Below the pieces are notes generated by a model. The model saw nothing but the letters and a program-made list of their open reading frames with translations, made no database searches and was not told where the DNA came from. Positions 58,904 to 64,000 of a stretch of DNA of 64,000 bases are shown piece by piece. The stretch spans positions 38,874,001 to 38,938,000 of the forward strand of contig OZ024747.1 in the NCBI GenBank assembly GCA_964016885.1, in the 5' to 3' direction. Position 1 is the first letter of the stretch. Every line of letters begins with the position of its first letter. The translations under genes were made by a program, and so were the position numbers. The stretch comes from Eledone cirrhosa (taxonomy: Eukaryota).

Positions 58904-60616
58904 AGGGAGAGAGACAGACAGACAGAAATGTCAATGCTAGATTTCATAGAGTAACATATATAGTCAGTAAAAAGAAAATGGCGTAATAAATTAAAAATAT
59001 GAACACACCAAATATATTAAGGTGAATATAATGAAGCAATCAGAATAATAATGAATCCAGAAGAATAATTGGAAGTGAGCACTCAATGTTGATGGAACTG
59101 TTATTTAGTTTTCTCTCATTCTTCATCAAGCTTATATAAGATCAAGTCTTTCCAGGCATGGCCATCCTATCATTTTTCAACCGTAACGTGTCATGACATT
59201 TCGAATATAAGTGTTTTTATAAGCGGTATGGTGAGATTTGTGAGCGGCGTGACTGCTAGTTCTAGTAAACTTGAGTGTTACCGTTCTCTTCATTGAAGGA
59301 AAATATAACTGTTCGTAGTACTATAAAAACAATATATAAGTATGGAACCATAAATCCAGTTAAAGGGGTAGTGGTGGCGTAGTATCATAGGGTATTTTCT
59401 TTTCTATATCTTGCGGAGCCTATTCCCTTTCCATATCTAAACACAACCGATTTCCCCAAACGAAGGGAGGAGAATGATAGAGAAGATGTGGAAAAGCGAT
59501 ATAAAAGAAAAATAAACTCCAATACTGGTACTATTTTATCGACCACGAAGGGATGGAAGCTGAAAGAGATCTTGGCGGCCTTTGAACTCCGAGCGCAGAG
59601 AGCCAGATTCAGCACGGCAAAATATTCTATTGGATTTTCTAATGACTGTGCCAATTCGCCATACATTACAAATATAATACTGGCTTTGGTTGTTTGACGC
59701 TTCTCATCGCCCCCCCCCCCCCCCCCCCATACACACATACATACACTCTCAACACAGTTCCATGTGATCTGTAATCAAAGGTCTTCCACCATTGATAAAG
59801 CTATACATTTAGGTCTATCTAATACGTAGTATTCTCTAACATGCTGTGGAAGTCGATTTTGCCCTATATTTACCAGGTGGCTATGATATTTCACGTTGGT
59901 TCATAGATATATTATTGATCAGAATGAACATTATTTTCCGAAAATTTCACTTTTGCAAAAGTACACATATTAACATCTTTTCTTTTAATTTCTTTGAAAA
60001 TTTATCACTCGGTTTCTGTACGAAGGTACACTATTGTTCATATCAGTTGCAACTATAACGCATCAGTGAAAATATATTGACTAAGTATTAAATATTACTA
60101 AGTATTCAGTTGGTTTATGAAAATAAAACGTTGCTTCTCTGGTAGAACTAATCAGCATAGAAATAAAAATATCTATTGAATGTTATGACATGAATTACTA
60201 AAGAGATATCACTTATATTATTTTGTTCCCATTTTATATAAGAAATTCCATTGCATTACACTTCCCAAGAGAGAATAAGCATTAGTATATAAAGAACAAA
60301 AAGATCTAACTTCTTTTACTGTTTATTTCTTCCATATTTCTGTTTTGTTGTTGTTTCTTTACGCTTAGGGGTTAGAAGGTATTTTGTGCCAGATGAAAAT
60401 ATTTGCCGTAAATATCATTGTATTCTGAACTTCTTTGGTGGGAGAGTAATAATTCATCTGGTTAAATATTCCCATCTTTTTTTGACTGGCTTCAGCATAG
60501 GAACGTACACAAAAGCACCCCGCATACACATATATATGTGTATAATGACCAAGGGATTAACATGCAAAACTCCAAAATAACTAGACTCACTATTTAGTCC
60601 TCATATTAAAATGAAT

Positions 60617-60711
<95 letters not shown>

Positions 60712-60855
60712 AATATATATATATTTATATATATATATATATATATATGCAAATAACTATGTGTATACTCTGGTAATGTATCTTACATTGCCAATTGAGT
60801 ACGCTGAGATACAACCGGTACTGGTATTGATAAATATGGTGGGTCCGTCAACCCT

Positions 60856-60898
<43 letters not shown>

Positions 60899-61235
60899 GA
60901 GAGAGAGAGAGAGAGAGAGAGTTCGGAGGTGAAAGAGAAAGCATATTTTTTCAGTATTTGAAAGACATCCGTTGCGAAATTTTATGAAGGAAAATTTTGT
61001 GTCATGTGAATATATTAGTAACATAAATCATTCATAATTTATGAATTAATAATATATTGCACCTAAGCAGAAGTACAGCCGATTCCTCATGTAATTGAAT
61101 TTGCTGTGAACAACTTTCTATTATTGTGTTTTAGTAATTATGTAACAAGTCGTTTTACAAAATGTTCTAATGTCTGCATCTCTCTCCCTCTTTCTCTTCC
61201 AACACTCTGTCTCTTCTCTCTCCCCCCCTCTCTCT

Positions 61236-61408
<173 letters not shown>

Positions 61409-61498
61409 CTCTCTCTTTCTTTCCACCTATCTATTAATCTATATATCTCTTTTATATTTCTTTCTAAACACACACATACACACGCGCACAGACAGACA

Positions 61499-61573
<75 letters not shown>

Positions 61574-62387
61574 AAATATTTCATCTGACGACACCGTTCC
61601 CATACCAACAGCAAATGTATACGTTACATCATGGATTGCGTAAGGGAACCATTGAAATAATTATAAAGAATAAACGACTCATGTAACATGAGCATCGAAA
61701 TTTTATTCTTATATATATGTGTATGTATAGATAGACAGATCAATCGATAGATAGATAGATATATATCCGTTTGATTTTGATGGGTCTAAGTATTTAATTC
61801 CAAAGTAGAGTTTAAACATAATTTTAAGTGATTAATGTTGGCTCTCAAGATGATTCTGACTCATAATTTAGGTACAATAAGGAATAATAATGATCATTTC
61901 ATATCCCTCTGCCTTTGTCGAGGTTTGGCGTGTGGCGTTCGTCTCAACTTTAAAAATTCATAGCAAAAAAATTTTAAATGTTTTTCATGTATGTTGTTCT
62001 ATATACAATACGTACATTTATATGTATAACGCTATGAACCTGAACGAACACATTTTTAATTTAAGCCTGGCCGGCTACCGCTCTTCATGCAAATGAGATT
62101 CATCAGCAGAAATATATATGATTCTAGCTTATTATAACCTGAGTGAAGGTATGGAGATATGTGGTGTTGATAACAGCTTATCAGCTAGACACGAAGTATT
62201 GCCGATTGATTCCCCCTGATTTTGCTTATGTTAGGCGTATAACGTTTGTCACAATTTTAAAAATATATAAGGAAAGGGCTTCAAATTTTTTCATATACAT
62301 TCCGAGCAGTATTCCGTATACAATACATACATTTATATCTATTACCACTATGTGGGAGCCCCTATATATATAGAGCCCACATATTTA

Positions 62388-62441
<54 letters not shown>

Positions 62442-62575
62442 AAAATATGTTTTGAAACAGTGAGCAGGTTTGAAATTAGAAAATAGAATAGCTTTCAGTG
62501 TATTTTTTTACTAAAGAAAATTCAGTTTGATAATGGGGTTTAGAACCCTCAAATAGATGGAAAAATATGAGGATT

Positions 62576-62629
<54 letters not shown>

Positions 62630-62759
62630 TTTGATAAGTTGGGCCAGCCAACTAAATGTACGTTCCTGCTATACTAATATGTCTTCGTTGGTGTACTGGT
62701 TTTAACGCTAATATACACCCACACGCACACCCACACACAAACACACACACACACACGCG

Positions 62760-62793
<34 letters not shown>

Positions 62794-62808
62794 AATATAT
62801 ATATATAC

Positions 62809-62893
<85 letters not shown>

Positions 62894-64000
62894 AAATATA
62901 TAACGTCTGGTTTAAAATCAGATACTGATTATCTCACTGGAGACAATATATATATATACATATTTCTCTCTCCATATCTGCTCAGTAATCTTCAGTAGGC
63001 TTATTTAATATTGCATAACATAGTTATGAAATAATTGTTTTTTTAATGATACAGATCTCTGTGACCACTTGATGTTTAGTAAACATCTTCATATATGTCT
63101 ATATATATATATATATGGGGTGAATGGGAGTGGGGTGTATATGTGTGTATGTGTGTATGTGTGTTTGTGTGTGTGTGCACGTGCGTGTGTTTGTGTGTGT
63201 ATGTGTGTAGACGCAGACAATAATATTGTTTCAGGGACGGAGAATATTTGATGGGGAGTTTTGTTTTACGCTCATTCAGTAACTAAAGAAACTTTTTTGT
63301 CGCATCAACGGTATATATGAGGTCATTATGTAAACCTGATGCAGTATTTTCTTCTCAACATATATTCTTATCTAGCATATGCTTCAACAGAACATTTGTA
63401 TAGGCAATATTTTCTGCAAAACTCTTTTTCCATTCACCGTTTCTTTTTCATTTCTTTTGTGATAGTTTAATGTCCATATAGATATATATTGAACTATTGA
63501 ACTCCTGGATTAGAACGTATCCAAGAAAAAGAAAAGTAGCGAATGAACCAACTACCCCATGTTTCTGGGCTATATATTCAATTGAAAGTGAACATACATA
63601 AGAGATATCAGCAAACAGCTTCTAGATGCAATCATACAGTTTATGCCTCTTTATCTTTAACGACAGTGTCGAATACAACGTTTTCATTGAAACGGGTTTT
63701 TTTTTCGTTAATAAAAGCAGTATTCCGACAATTTCTAAGAGTTCGAGTGATAACGTATACGCTCCTTTTTTCATACATAATCGTTATTTAGCTTAATATA
63801 ATTTTTTGTAGATGTTTCTTTTTATAATTTATTGGATTCAATAGAAACCAAAAAAATAGGTATAATTGGACGTGTTTCTGAATAAGTTAAATCTCAATAA
63901 TTATACATATACAGATATTCATACGCTGCTGTTGAAGCAATAAACAACATGGTAACATTGAGATAAATTTATATATGGACAAACATATAGTTTGCCTACA

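Noticed and set aside
61900-62340. Weak direct repeat (about 61900-62020 vs 62210-62340) and a nearby minus-strand CTGATGA
   Set aside because: Similarity is too low to assess by eye and there is no complete hammerhead core.

Overview
Eukaryotic, very AT-rich, microsatellite-saturated non-coding DNA. The SINE and microsatellite landscape resembles an octopus/cephalopod genome (inference). No host protein-coding exon could be supported, and almost all listed ORFs are translated (TA)n/(CA)n/(GA)n tracts. Recognisable content: two tandem L1/Tx1-type LINE fragments (1-2515), two decayed Penelope-like elements (PLEs; RT + GIY-YIG) at 13.2-18.4 kb and 19.9-22.6 kb, a fold-back PLE 3' end at 34.9-36.6 kb, two Helitron-like elements, RTE and CR1-like fragments, and many tRNA-derived SINEs. 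The main signal is a dense population of short asymmetric fold-back (inverted-repeat) insertions sitting in (TA)n tracts. They belong to about ten sequence families, and most carry a minimal type I hammerhead ribozyme: CUGANGA or a variant, stem II, GAAA, a tiny usually palindromic loop III, then UH. Some families have variant catalytic cores (U3-A8; GCAA instead of GAAA). One PLE appears to have captured and inverted-duplicated about 0.8 kb of flanking host DNA. All folds and alignments were read by eye, so coordinates are approximate to a few bases and no activity is demonstrated.
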